A stretch of 64,000 bases of DNA from a virus. The position numbers were made by a program, and so were the translations under genes. The stretch is from positions 44,403 to 108,402 of IMG/VR virus record IMGVR_UViG_3300011116_000834. One strand, written 5' to 3'. Shown here in pieces: positions 1 to 11,700 of this stretch (position 1 is its first letter; each line of letters begins with the position of its first letter). The notes beneath the pieces were generated by a model. It had not been told where the DNA came from, did no database searches, and was given only the letters and a program-made list of their open reading frames with translations.

Positions 1-705
1 AATTATAAAGAAATCATTCTTGATATGAATGATTCAATTTTCAATGGTATAAGTGCCTCCACATTGATTGATAAAATCAATGTCAATTTGGATAAAATCG
101 ATCATATCGGAATAGATCCAGTTTCTGTTCTAGGTGCTGAACATGCGATGATTGATGCTAGAATAGAAAAGAAAACATTAACAGATGCGGGAATAGGAAT
201 TCCTCAAGTTGTAAATTTCTTTGGTCTTATTGAAAATCCTATCGGAATATCTGGATCGATTGAAGTTATTTCGGGAAGTGATTTTAATAAAAAAGTAGAT
301 ATATTATATCGAACTACTATAAAGGCAGGAATTTCAGTTTTGGGATCAAGTAGTATTTTGCCAATTACTGATGAAGTATATGATACAACAACACCAAAAG
401 GAGAACCAATTAGCGATTTGACTATAGGTGGAATTGATAATATCATCAGTGGTGTTACTTCTAGTTGTGTGGCAGAAATTAAAAATGTCCCATATCAAAA
501 TGCAACAGATTTAATCGATTCTGTATTGGTTGGTCCTATTGGAGGATTTCCAAAAACAGGTTCAACTATAGACACAATAGAAGAAATTCCAACATTTGTT
601 CAATATACTGGAAGTATATTATCGACTACTAAGTTGACATCAGATCTTCCAATATCTGATGTAGATTCTATAATTATTCGTATAAATATGGTTAGAGGAA
701 TGTAA
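1..705 (+). CDS. 5'-truncated baseplate wedge protein, probably the C-terminal part of a gp8-like subunit
   Basis: Frame 1 is open from base 1, so the gene starts upstream of the window. FGLIENP and the C-terminal ...TGSIL...IIIRI resemble the end of cyanophage-type gp8, and it precedes a DUF4815-like gene as in such phages. Confidence 0.5.
   Translation, partial: NYKEIILDMNDSIFNGISASTLIDKINVNLDKIDHIGIDPVSVLGAEHAMIDARIEKKTLTDAGIGIPQVVNFFGLIENPIGISGSIEVISGSDFNKKVDILYRTTIKAGISVLGSSSILPITDEVYDTTTPKGEPISDLTIGGIDNIISGVTSSCVAEIKNVPYQNATDLIDSVLVGPIGGFPKTGSTIDTIEEIPTFVQYTGSILSTTKLTSDLPISDVDSIIIRINMVRGM
681..688 (+). promoter_or_regulatory. T4-type late promoter (TATAAATA)
   Basis: Exact consensus 16 nt upstream of the ATG at 705; gp55 is encoded in the window. 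Confidence 0.6.
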
Positions 706-1412
706 TGAAAGCACCATTTGGAACACTACCGCTATCTGAAGCACCATTTTTAAGTAGAATATCTACTCAATATGATAATGGAAAAAACTATTATTTAACA
801 GGATTCAATCCTGGATATGCATTGCAGGCATCAGAATTGAATGAACTTCAAGAATCTTTTTTCTTAAATTCTAGTCTTATGCATAGATCTCATGCTTCTT
901 GGGTGAATCAGGGATATAACATTCCAGTATGGGATGGATGTGTTCCATTTGATCCTACCAGCATTATTGTTACAGTAAATAGTGTTGGTGCTTCTACTGC
1001 TAATTTTACAGTTACAATTCCAAATGGATGGTTTCTATGGACAGAAAAAACTTCAGGATTGAATTTTTGGGTCTATAATAATCTCACAGATACGGAATTT
1101 TCCTTTACAACTACATCTGGAATAGGTTCCACCGAATATGTGGGATTTATGATTTCAAATGATACCATCAATTGCTGTCAGGCAGGCAATTGCTTGGAAA
1201 ATCAAGATGCTACTTTACGAGACAATTCATCAGGATTGACTGATACTTATTATACATGTGGTGCTTCTCGTAAGAAAGCAACCTTTGATGATGCTGTAAT
1301 ACTCACAAGCACTACAGCATCTGATTTTTATCCATTGCTAAAGATAACAATAGACACGATATCCAGTGCGAGTTTTGCATTCATTGATGATCAATCCATA
1401 ACTGTAGGATAA
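705..1412 (+). CDS. short DUF4815/VrlC-like virion protein
   Basis: N-terminal APF...YDNGKNYYLTGFNPGYALQASELNELQ matches the DUF4815 N-terminal pattern (PY.DD....KNY..ILF.PG..VQARELT.LQ). TAATG coupling to the upstream gene. Confidence 0.65.
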   Translation: MKAPFGTLPLSEAPFLSRISTQYDNGKNYYLTGFNPGYALQASELNELQESFFLNSSLMHRSHASWVNQGYNIPVWDGCVPFDPTSIIVTVNSVGASTANFTVTIPNGWFLWTEKTSGLNFWVYNNLTDTEFSFTTTSGIGSTEYVGFMISNDTINCCQAGNCLENQDATLRDNSSGLTDTYYTCGASRKKATFDDAVILTSTTASDFYPLLKITIDTISSASFAFIDDQSITVG

Positions 1413-1429
1413 CATAGTAGGAAATTGAA

Positions 1430-3742
1430 ATGGCTTTTAACACCACAATAAATCAATTAACAGGTACTTCGACATTCTATGATTGGTTCATAAAAGAGAA
1501 CAATGAAATCATTGCTAAACTCAATCAGGCAACCGTATCTGGAGTTACTAGTGGAGATGGTGTTCTTGCATCGCTCAACTCTACCAGTGGATTGGTGACA
1601 GTTTCAATAGGTGGAACTTCTGGTAATATTCAGTCTGGTCTTACTTTCTCTGGATCTGTAAATTTCTTAGGAGAGACCATTGTTCCAAATGCTTCCTTCA
1701 AGATATACGGAATTACATCTGGAACTTCTGGTTATAGTTTTGGTTCAGTAGTTCGTGTGACCAGCACTGGATATACTCTTGCACTTGCAAATAATCCAGA
1801 TTCGGCAGAAATGATTGGTATTCTATCTGGAATCACAAATGCCTATTCAGTTGTCACTGTTTCTGGAAAAGTCTCTGGTAATTTTACCTCAGTTGCTGGA
1901 TCTACTCTTTCAACTGGATGTGTATATTTCTTAAGTCCTTCATCTGCTGGACAAATAACCACAAGCGAACCAAGTACAATTGGATATGTCTCAAAACCAG
2001 TTCTTATTGGTCTGGGTGAAACAGCAGGAATGGTTGTCCAATATCGTGGCAATTACCTAAATTCAACAACAAGTGGTGGTCTCTCTGGAACAAATAAGAT
2101 CTATATAACTCTTCCTGCATCCTCGAATCCAGGATCATATGGATTTTCCGCTGGTAATTTCTTATCCTATGCCGCAGATCAAATGGTTGGAAATACCTAT
2201 TTTCACAAATATCTCATCGATACTGGAAGAACAGCAATAAATGGATGGTTCCTTTCGGGATCAAGCAATTTTACAAATACCACTCCTCTTACCATGGCAG
2301 AATATGGAATAAATGGTGAGGAGGATTTTGTTGTAGGAATGGTTGAAGGAGTCAGTACTAGTGGTGCCAATCTCATCTATCAATTGGTAACTCATGGCGC
2401 ATCAACAGTAATTCCATATAGCATTAGTTCCACTGCAACCTCCAAGGTCGGAACCTGGTTGACAAAGGGTACCACATATAATATATCTGGAACTGGCATA
2501 ACTCAGATGGCAAAGGTCACATACAATCAATATAATCCAAGTCTCAGATTGGGATTTGTATTTGATGAGACCATTCCATATTGGTATATCGATATTGCCA
2601 AGGTCAATTTGAATTCAGCTGGATCTGTTCTATCTTCATTGACTGGAACCTCCTCAATGGCAAATGCTCAAAATTATGCCTTCAACGGTAATTTTGAAAT
2701 ATGGCAAAGAAATGTTGGAAAATCTGCATATACTACAGCAGGTAATGTGTATTTTGCTGATAATTGGATTCGTCGTCAATCTGGTCTTGCTGGAGCAGTT
2801 CAAAGCATTCTTCGTCAAACCAATTCAACCACAAGTACTGATATAGAAGGAAATCCAACTTATTATGTTGATGTAAAGTGTGTTGCGGATCCAGGTGGCA
2901 GTACTCCTGCTTCGGATACCTACTCAATTGGACATGTAATTGAAAATATCAATACATTCAATGGTTCTAATATCACTGTAAGTTTCTACGCTAAATGTGC
3001 ATTATCTGGTTATAGTGCGAATGTATATTTCGCTCGTTATTCTGGTGGTGTTCTTGTAAGCAAGTCCACAATAGAAACTATAGATCTTGCTACTTCATGG
3101 ACCAAATATACATCATCATATGAAGTTCCAACATTAACGGGAACTCCTCCATTTAGCGATGATTATGTTGAAATTGGAATTGATCTCATTCCGACAGTAC
3201 AACGAGCATATGACCTTTCATTATCAACGGGAACAAATTTAACTGTAAGTGTTGCATCATTTACAGTATATGATGGTATCTACAATTCACCATCTCATAC
3301 CTTTGATAAGGTTGAAAATCAACTCAAAAAATGTCAAAAATTCTATTATTCGACATATTCCAATACGCAGACGATTGGAACACAAACTATGCTTGCCAAT
3401 GGTGAACCTGTTTTAAATTCCTATGTGTTCTCCTATCTTCCAAATACACCATTCTCTGTTGCAAAACTTCCAGTGGATATGCGTGCAGAACCTTCTGTGA
3501 CAATCTATTCACCTCAAAGTGGCATTTCAACTGAAATGTATAACTACACATCAGGAAGAGATCTTCGTTATAGTGGAAGAACAGTTGGATATAACAACCA
3601 AAGCAGAATTCCAACTCTTGGATCACCATCTGTAAGCACAGTCCAAGATACAACATCTATTCGAATTAATATTGGTGCGGGTGCGGTTCCTTATGATGTG
3701 TTAAATTGTCACATTGTCGCAGATGCCAGTTATCCCATCTAA
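1430..3742 (+). CDS. virion structural / tail-fibre-associated protein
   Basis: 770 aa, Gly/Ser/Thr-rich. N-terminal TFYDW..K.N motif and NYAFNGNFEIWQR...ADNW...CQKFY domain typical of phage tail proteins. Confidence 0.65.
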   Translation: MAFNTTINQLTGTSTFYDWFIKENNEIIAKLNQATVSGVTSGDGVLASLNSTSGLVTVSIGGTSGNIQSGLTFSGSVNFLGETIVPNASFKIYGITSGTSGYSFGSVVRVTSTGYTLALANNPDSAEMIGILSGITNAYSVVTVSGKVSGNFTSVAGSTLSTGCVYFLSPSSAGQITTSEPSTIGYVSKPVLIGLGETAGMVVQYRGNYLNSTTSGGLSGTNKIYITLPASSNPGSYGFSAGNFLSYAADQMVGNTYFHKYLIDTGRTAINGWFLSGSSNFTNTTPLTMAEYGINGEEDFVVGMVEGVSTSGANLIYQLVTHGASTVIPYSISSTATSKVGTWLTKGTTYNISGTGITQMAKVTYNQYNPSLRLGFVFDETIPYWYIDIAKVNLNSAGSVLSSLTGTSSMANAQNYAFNGNFEIWQRNVGKSAYTTAGNVYFADNWIRRQSGLAGAVQSILRQTNSTTSTDIEGNPTYYVDVKCVADPGGSTPASDTYSIGHVIENINTFNGSNITVSFYAKCALSGYSANVYFARYSGGVLVSKSTIETIDLATSWTKYTSSYEVPTLTGTPPFSDDYVEIGIDLIPTVQRAYDLSLSTGTNLTVSVASFTVYDGIYNSPSHTFDKVENQLKKCQKFYYSTYSNTQTIGTQTMLANGEPVLNSYVFSYLPNTPFSVAKLPVDMRAEPSVTIYSPQSGISTEMYNYTSGRDLRYSGRTVGYNNQSRIPTLGSPSVSTVQDTTSIRINIGAGAVPYDVLNCHIVADASYPI

Positions 3743-3753
3743 TGGAGTAAACC

Positions 3754-4884
3754 ATGCCTAGTTGCAGTAATAGTTCCAATATCCAATCATCGATCAATTC
3801 TCTTAGCGTAGTGCAAGGAGGATCTAGACTTCTGGTATCTATTCCATATACCGCAGGTCTGACCACTGGAAGCGTGGTTCGTTATGATGTGCCAACTTCT
3901 GGATTCACTGCATCAAAAGCAAATCTAGCAGAAACCTCCGAAGTATTTGGAGTTATTGAAACCTATGACTCCACCACTTCATTGTTTGGCGTTGTTATTT
4001 ATGGATCTATTTCCTTGGATTCTTCCAAATTTGCAGATATGGGCAGTGGTGGTGGTTCTGGAGGAAATGACATCTACTTTTTAAGTGGATTGACCGCTGG
4101 CAAATTACAAAATCTAGCACCAACTGATCTTGAACATGTTGTAAAACCAGTATATCAAGTATCTCCACATGGTTCATATACTGGTGTGATTGTAAATTAC
4201 CTTGGTTACAAGATAGGTGGAGATATACAGGCAAGTTATAAAAATGCCGAAGTAATTGGTAATATTCAGATAGTTGTAGGAGATGCCACCTTTGAAGAAG
4301 GTTATGTGGATGCTTCCATAGCACATGCATTACCAGTTTCGGATTATCCTGAATATTATGAAAAATATGGAACTAAGTATGGATATATTGAAAAGGTAAC
4401 TACTACTGATTCTATCCCTGGATCTGTTGTTCCGAATCAGATTGCTTCGCAATCATCATCTTCATATAAAGGAACAGTTGTATCGATAGATTATGGGAAT
4501 AAAGACATCTATTTGTATAAAGAAGCATTGACCGATCTTGCCTCGACTACTAAACAATTAGCAGTTAATACAAGTGCATCTACTAGTTCAAAACTAACGA
4601 TAGATTCGCTTGAAATATATTCCGTATATACTCCAATTGTCACTCTTACCCAACCACTTTCCGTAACTGGAAAAAATGGTGAGAATGTATCTATAACTCA
4701 ACAAATTAAAATTGGATTTAAAGTTAAACCAATTGGAGTTCAAGTGTCAATTCCAACCAATGTAACCACAGAATCTTTAGCAACTACAACATTAGCACTT
4801 GGAACATCTGGAGATGATGTAGAAACCATATTGAATGACTTTGAATCAAGAATATCAGCTATTGAATCAAGATTGAGAATGTAA
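3754..4884 (+). CDS. virion structural protein
   Basis: 376 aa with GGAG RBS. Shares a GSVVR...A.AN...E..G...YFLS...AG...KPV domain with the upstream ORF; C-terminal coiled coil (ILNDFESRISAIESRL). Confidence 0.6.
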   Translation: MPSCSNSSNIQSSINSLSVVQGGSRLLVSIPYTAGLTTGSVVRYDVPTSGFTASKANLAETSEVFGVIETYDSTTSLFGVVIYGSISLDSSKFADMGSGGGSGGNDIYFLSGLTAGKLQNLAPTDLEHVVKPVYQVSPHGSYTGVIVNYLGYKIGGDIQASYKNAEVIGNIQIVVGDATFEEGYVDASIAHALPVSDYPEYYEKYGTKYGYIEKVTTTDSIPGSVVPNQIASQSSSSYKGTVVSIDYGNKDIYLYKEALTDLASTTKQLAVNTSASTSSKLTIDSLEIYSVYTPIVTLTQPLSVTGKNGENVSITQQIKIGFKVKPIGVQVSIPTNVTTESLATTTLALGTSGDDVETILNDFESRISAIESRLRM

Positions 4885-4885
4885 T

Positions 4886-7800
4886 ATGATTATAGGTAGT
4901 AGTCCATATCTTCAAAGAAAAATATTAGGAATAACTGGTCCAACTGGAGCAACTGGAATCACTGGTCCAGATGGTCATATTGGTGCCACTGGATATCAGG
5001 GAAACACTGGAAATACAGGTGGTAGTGTAGTTGGAATGACTTTGTCAAATTCAACTGTAATTACTACATTTTCCGATAATACTACATTTGTAGGAAGCAA
5101 TATTCTAGGAGAAACTGGAAATTATTATATTTCAGTTGGTGCTGAAAATATTTCTGGAAATGGTATTGGAGTTGTTGCTGGAGTTTCATATTCAACATTA
5201 TCCAATGGAAATCTTCTAGGAAATGTCCGTATTCGTGGATTTACGACTTCGTCTTCCAGAACTGGAAATGCAGTTGTATCGATAAATGGTTCATTTGATT
5301 CTCCAAATATTGGAATAACCTACAATTTAACAAATATTGCATATCTTGGTATATGTGGTGGTTCCAATGGTGAACTTATTGTTTATAAATCTGGTACAGA
5401 ATTTTATGGATTGACTGGAACATATTACGATAGTACAGATAAAACTGTCGATATGCAAGTCATGAATTATGGTGAAAGAGTTCACTTTGTTCAACCAATT
5501 AAAAAATCAATATATGATCCAGATACTGGAAATCAAACTGTTGGTAGATATTTCTATTGGCCTATTGATTGGGAAAAGGCAAATGTATTTGTATTGAATT
5601 CCTTTGAAAGTAGTATAATTCCAGGTGAAAGAATCGATGGGCAAATTGTATTAGTACGCAATCCCCCATCTGGCGATGTTGCTAAAGGCATCACTATAGT
5701 AGTTCCTTCTGGCGTTACATCATCGAATAGTATCTTAACAAAATATGCAGTTACTGATACATTATCGACAGGAATTACTCTTGATATTGGAACATATTCC
5801 ATTTCATGGCCATTATCCTATCCTCCATGTCTTACAACTGGAACTGATGTAATCAATATGATTTCATTGGATAATATCTGGTATGCAAATTTTGGTAAAT
5901 ATAATAGTGGAACAGAACAAGTTCAATGGAACGCAGATTATTCTAATTGCTTAGGATCATTGAATCTTCAAGATGATCAAGTCACAAATCCAAATATTGG
6001 AACAGGAACACAGGGACCTCCACTTGATCCAATTTGTGGAACCAATCTCAATACCATAGGATTATGTTGCATTGCATGTTCATCTGGAGATTCCACCGTT
6101 ACAACTTGTGAAGCGTGCAAACCACTTATTCAACAAGGTGTTGCTAGATTCTTCCCAGATCAAGGTGATGGATATCTAGGATGCACAGCAGAAACAGATG
6201 TTAGAGGTATTTGCTGCTATAAAGATGTAAATGGCAATATAGTCAAGGATAGCGATCCACTTGGAATTCGTCTATGCGACTGCACAAGAAAAGCAAATGC
6301 TTTTGTGGGACGACCTTGGTACAATTGGGAAGAATTCAGCGACTGTGTGCCCAACATTGATGCAATTAATTGTCAAAATTCATATGATAATGTAGGAGCA
6401 TGTTGCGATGGATCTGGCAATTGCACATCCACAACTCAGGCAAACTGCACAAAATATTGGCAAGGAAAAGGTCGTGCTTGTTCATATTCTAATGGATTCA
6501 ACACGATCTCTCCATGTCGTCAAGGTGCTGGTGGTTGCTGCAAGAATGGAATATGCAATGATGTAGTCGATGGTCAGACGAATTGCATTGATACTAACGG
6601 TAAATTCTTTGGTTGTAATAATTACTGTGGTTCATTTGAATGTTCCATTGCATATAAGGGATGTTCTTGTGGCACCTCATTGACAGAAGATGCTTTCGTG
6701 GTTGAACAGCATTTATCATCTTCTAATGCTATATTACCAGATACCTGGGCATTCGAGCAACAAGGCAATCCAGCAGGAAGTGGAACTCTTACTCATCAAC
6801 TTAAGATTGGTGATGAATTTGCTGGAGGAATCGTCGCTGGTATTTTTAAACCAAAGGGAACTAGATGCTTTGGATCAACTGCAATGGGTGGTGTCCCTGC
6901 TGCTTATACTCCAGCAAAGAATGATGATAGTATTGCTTCTCACAATTTATTCAATTTTTTGAATACTTCATCTGAATCTAGTTGCGATTATTATTATAGT
7001 CAATACGATCCTTCTGGATATGGTTTCACTTTGCCAAGTGGACATAATGGCGATGAAGATGGTTGGTTATTGATTGTTAGTAAATTTCCAGTAATTATAG
7101 ATCAATATTATAATAATATACACAATACTGTAACATCTGGCGTAAATGGAAACCATCAGGCAGTTCCTTCTTCAGTTTTAAGTGGAACTGCTCCTGCATT
7201 TCCTGCTACTACAAATTATGAAAATGGCACACCAACAACACTGAATGTCAATACAGGATCTCAATCAAATCAAGCAAGATATATCTATTCAAAGAATTTT
7301 AGATTAACTCATGGTGGAACTGCATTCTCATCCGTAGCATTTGATAAATTTACAGCTACAGCACCATCTACAACAGAACAATCAAGATCAAATTGGAATC
7401 TTTGTGATTCACATCATCCAGGATCAAATATTCCACACGATGGTACATATGGAACAATAGGTGCTACTTATTGGGCAAATACCACCACATTCAATGACTG
7501 TGCGGATACTCAATATACATGCAATGAATGCGCTGATTATCCGTTTGCCAGATCTAGAAGAGGTTGGGAATCTACTAAGGCAAGTCAGAATGGTAATTTC
7601 AGTAGAAATTGGGGATTATTTAATACAATAAGAATTATTAATTCTGATATATCTGAAATATATCTTCGACCTGGAAATGGTTTATATCCTGATTCTAATA
7701 GAATTTTCTATGGCGGAAGACCATATACAGGTCTAGATCCAGATCCAGGATATACAGGACTATTTCAAATGGCAGGAACATTTGGATATACTCTTGCATA

Positions 7801-8710
7801 TCAATTAACTACTGCTGGAGAAGCATGTTCAATTTGGAATCGTTATTATTATCCATCTGATATTCCACCAAATCCAACATCTCCAACATTAACAAGTTTT
7901 GTTGCAGGAAAACAATTTGTTCCAAATGCAAATCGTCCAGATGGAACTCAATACAATAATGCAATCATTGGAAACACTCAATGGCTGGGAACTTTATATC
8001 CTCAATTATCAAGATGGTATATTCCCAGCATTGATGAATTGGCATTCATTGCCGCACAATGCGTAGATCCTGTTGTGAATCTACAACAGAAAATTGCCGA
8101 TGCTAAGGGAATAAGAATAGGAAATCTATTTGCAAATTCCACAACGCAAAATGCATTACCATCAACAGATGCAAATGCTGGATATGTATGGTCTTCTACC
8201 ATGACATTCAATGAAGTAGTGACTGCACAATATCTACAACCAGTAAATATAAGTCAACCTGGTGCAACTTCTGGTGGAGCATATACTGCGGCACAATTGA
8301 CTAATGCTCATTTTACTAAAGCTTGGGCAATGAAATTCGATACTGGAACTGCTGCTGTTCTTCCAAATACTACTGCATTTAAAGTTGCAAAACGCAATTC
8401 ACAAAAATTATTAAATGATAATACAAATAATAGATTTGAATTGCGTTTAGTAAGACAGATAAGATGTGATCGTAAATTCTATTGGAATGGCGATAATACA
8501 AGATATAGAAATACATTCTGGGCAGTTCCACGACTCACGCCATCAGATGTAGTCACTGGAATGCCTTTTGAAAATGCAGGACCTGTTGGATCTGCTGGAT
8601 TTACATTCCCAAATGCTACAAATCTTTCTTCATATATCAATGACCTAAATACTTTTATTGGAACTATTCATAAGAATAATATAAACAATACTGGTACTAT
8701 AACAGGATAA
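4886..8710 (+). CDS. Cys-rich fibre/adhesin with short collagen-like N-terminus and C-terminal DUF1566/Lcl-like domain
   Basis: 1274 aa. [10 protein letters not shown] triplets; GLCC/GICC/GACC/GGCC repeats; IGDEFAGG...WYIPSIDEL...YVWSST...AWAMKF...LRLVR. Confidence 0.65.
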   Translation: MIIGSSPYLQRKILGITGPTGATGITGPDGHIGATGYQGNTGNTGGSVVGMTLSNSTVITTFSDNTTFVGSNILGETGNYYISVGAENISGNGIGVVAGVSYSTLSNGNLLGNVRIRGFTTSSSRTGNAVVSINGSFDSPNIGITYNLTNIAYLGICGGSNGELIVYKSGTEFYGLTGTYYDSTDKTVDMQVMNYGERVHFVQPIKKSIYDPDTGNQTVGRYFYWPIDWEKANVFVLNSFESSIIPGERIDGQIVLVRNPPSGDVAKGITIVVPSGVTSSNSILTKYAVTDTLSTGITLDIGTYSISWPLSYPPCLTTGTDVINMISLDNIWYANFGKYNSGTEQVQWNADYSNCLGSLNLQDDQVTNPNIGTGTQGPPLDPICGTNLNTIGLCCIACSSGDSTVTTCEACKPLIQQGVARFFPDQGDGYLGCTAETDVRGICCYKDVNGNIVKDSDPLGIRLCDCTRKANAFVGRPWYNWEEFSDCVPNIDAINCQNSYDNVGACCDGSGNCTSTTQANCTKYWQGKGRACSYSNGFNTISPCRQGAGGCCKNGICNDVVDGQTNCIDTNGKFFGCNNYCGSFECSIAYKGCSCGTSLTEDAFVVEQHLSSSNAILPDTWAFEQQGNPAGSGTLTHQLKIGDEFAGGIVAGIFKPKGTRCFGSTAMGGVPAAYTPAKNDDSIASHNLFNFLNTSSESSCDYYYSQYDPSGYGFTLPSGHNGDEDGWLLIVSKFPVIIDQYYNNIHNTVTSGVNGNHQAVPSSVLSGTAPAFPATTNYENGTPTTLNVNTGSQSNQARYIYSKNFRLTHGGTAFSSVAFDKFTATAPSTTEQSRSNWNLCDSHHPGSNIPHDGTYGTIGATYWANTTTFNDCADTQYTCNECADYPFARSRRGWESTKASQNGNFSRNWGLFNTIRIINSDISEIYLRPGNGLYPDSNRIFYGGRPYTGLDPDPGYTGLFQMAGTFGYTLAYQLTTAGEACSIWNRYYYPSDIPPNPTSPTLTSFVAGKQFVPNANRPDGTQYNNAIIGNTQWLGTLYPQLSRWYIPSIDELAFIAAQCVDPVVNLQQKIADAKGIRIGNLFANSTTQNALPSTDANAGYVWSSTMTFNEVVTAQYLQPVNISQPGATSGGAYTAAQLTNAHFTKAWAMKFDTGTAAVLPNTTAFKVAKRNSQKLLNDNTNNRFELRLVRQIRCDRKFYWNGDNTRYRNTFWAVPRLTPSDVVTGMPFENAGPVGSAGFTFPNATNLSSYINDLNTFIGTIHKNNINNTGTITG

Positions 8711-8724
8711 TTGGAAACAATAAA

Positions 8725-11700
8725 ATGATATATGGGTCATCTCGCATCAAACAAACCATAACAGGAACAGTTCCTGGTGCTGTACAAGGTTCAACTGGAC
8801 ATATAGGTCCAACTGGCAATACTGGTCCAACTGGTCCTACAGGACCTATAGGTGCCACAGGTGCAACAGGAAATGGAATCACTGGAGCAACTGGAATTTC
8901 CACGGGAATTACATTTTATGGTAATGGGTTATCCTTTTCATTTTTAAATTTAAAGGGATCTGCGGGATCTGCTAATGGTAGCGAATATTATCAAGTAATT
9001 GGACTTGGCATCGATTCAGCACAAATATCAACAAATATAGTTTATGGAGATGTTATACAAGTTGGTGCTGGACAGACAGCGTATTTCAAGAGTATATCGA
9101 TTTCAGGGCAAGCACCAATTCCAAATGTATCTCCGTTTGTTGGTGTTAGTACTGATAATATCTCGGTAGTTTACATTTATGGTGCTACGGTATCAGATGC
9201 AAATATGCCATTGGGTAATACTGGCGAATTGCTTTATGTAAATAGCAATGCTGGATTTGGATTAGGAACATTAAAGGCATCATCAGCACCTAGTACCAAT
9301 TGGATTCCATCTCAAAGACAACTTATAATAGATCAAAAAGCATTTAGGGAAGCAATATTCTCTAATAAAAATTGGTCTACAGTTGGATCTGATCCATTCT
9401 TATATTATACAACTCCTGTTGATTTTTCATATTATGGAACTCTAACTGGAGAAACATATGGAACATCCAATCTAGAAAACAATATAACTCCAAATTTTAT
9501 ATACTATTCTGGATCTGGGTTGGATTCTTATGGATTAGTCAATGATCCAAACACATATCAAGACATATCAATTGGTCAGACAATAGTCCTTGGGTTGACT
9601 AGTGGCGCAACAATGGAAAGAATAGATTTCATTAGTGCCACTGGGATTACATTTTCAAATACATATCTCCCCCAGAATATAGTCAGAAGTGATATTGGTT
9701 CCTGTTGTTTCTGCAATATGATCGATAAACAAAGAGTGTGCGTGGATTATGTCTCATCTTCATTCTGTTCAGCTCTTTCTGGAACCTTTGATACCAATTC
9801 ATGCAATGATAGAACTAGTGGATCTGATTGCTTCACTGAAGGTGCTTGCTGCATATATGATATTGAAACTGGATCAACTAGATGCATCAATACTACAAGA
9901 GAAAAATGCTCAACATACAATGGATATTTCAATGAATCAAAACAATGCGATAATGTTTGGGTAAATGGACAACTATTTTCATGCCCAACCAGTTTCTGCA
10001 ATATAGGAACACGACAACTTGGCAAATGTTGCGTCCAAGGCAATTGCTTTAACTTAACAAAAGCAGATTGTGCTTCCGTATTTGGTTCTGTATTCTTTGC
10101 TGGTCAGACCTGCACATCCCAGACTAGTGATGCATCATGCTGCGGAACATTAGATCTTCGAGGATCATGCTGCGTACAAGGTAATTGTGTTGGCAATGTC
10201 ACAGCACAACAATGTTCAACAACATATAATGGTATATTCCAAGGATCTGGAACCAAGTGCACAGAAGTCAATTGTTGCGGTTATTCATTCTCGGATGATT
10301 ATTTCAAAGGATCTTGTGCAGATTCATGCAAGGCATATGGATCACAACAGATCTATTCTTGCCTGAATATAGGCGATAAGATTGGTGGTGGATATTTTGC
10401 GGGATTTGTCGGTATGCCAAATCCGTGCAATAATTTTTCAACTCCAAATCTTGCATATGGTGAACCATTGGAATGCATGATATTCCCCCGAGGAGAACTT
10501 GCAAATGTGCCTACATGGTATCTAAAGACATGCAATGGTACCGATGGTACAAATAATGAAGGGTGTATTGATTATTTTGCACGAACATATCCAATAACAC
10601 TTCCAAAGAATTCATTGGATTCGCGGTGTATGCTCAAGGCAGGAGTTCCATTTGTTCAGCAAGCATACGCACTTGATGGAATCACATGGCCTTCTGAAAT
10701 GATGTTTAGTGGTGGATATCAATATAGCAGAAATCGTGGTGCATTCTCATACTCATTAGTTGGTTCTGGTCTTGCTGTTGAATACTTAGATGGCACAGAA
10801 ACCAATCTATATCGTTATCTTGCATCAAAGGTTTATGGAAATAATGACATTCAAATCTTATGGGCATTGATTATTGCTCCTGAAGATGTTGAATTGGGAA
10901 GCGGTGAAAGGTCCTTATCATGGGGCATGATGCAAGGATGTCATAATCCTGATTCTTCTGGAATTCCGCAACAATTGGTTATTGAAGAAATTCCAACATA
11001 TCCAACTGATGGATTATTAACTACAAGATTGCACGATTCATCTTCCAAAAACAATGCAGATTATTGGTTCAGGGGAACAACTGATTCAAATGCATATAAT
11101 AGATTTAATTTTGGAAATGGACCAGCATGGGATATTGGAACAGATAAGACTACTATAACCACAAATAAGACTGAATTTTTAACTGCTTACAGCAAGATGT
11201 GGGATAAAAAGAATCCTTTGGATTCTGCACTTCGCCAGATCTCCAATATAAATGAGAATTCAACATATGGATATAATGATTGGTATATTCCAAGCATAAT
11301 TGAATTGAATTATATTCAAGCAAACTCTGCTACATTAAATGCAGCTTTGGCGGTAAATGGGGATCAGATAATTGGTGGTTATGAATATTGGTCATCCACC
11401 AGTGTAAGTAGACTTGCATCATGGGATGCTACCGATCCTCTCAACAAAGATTTATATCGGTTGGAAAATATTAGTTCTCAAATTGAACCATATCTAAGCG
11501 ATCATAGAATAACCAGCAGTGATTCATTTGGACTCACTGAAGATGAAGCATATAAATTTACGCTTGCTGTATCCAATGGTCAAAAAATGCTTACTCAGGT
11601 ATTTAATTCATTGCAAAACGATCAAATTGGTAGAATGATTTCTAGAAGTAGAGATAGCAAGATTGCCAATCTTCGTCCAGTTAGAAGAATACCACTTGTG

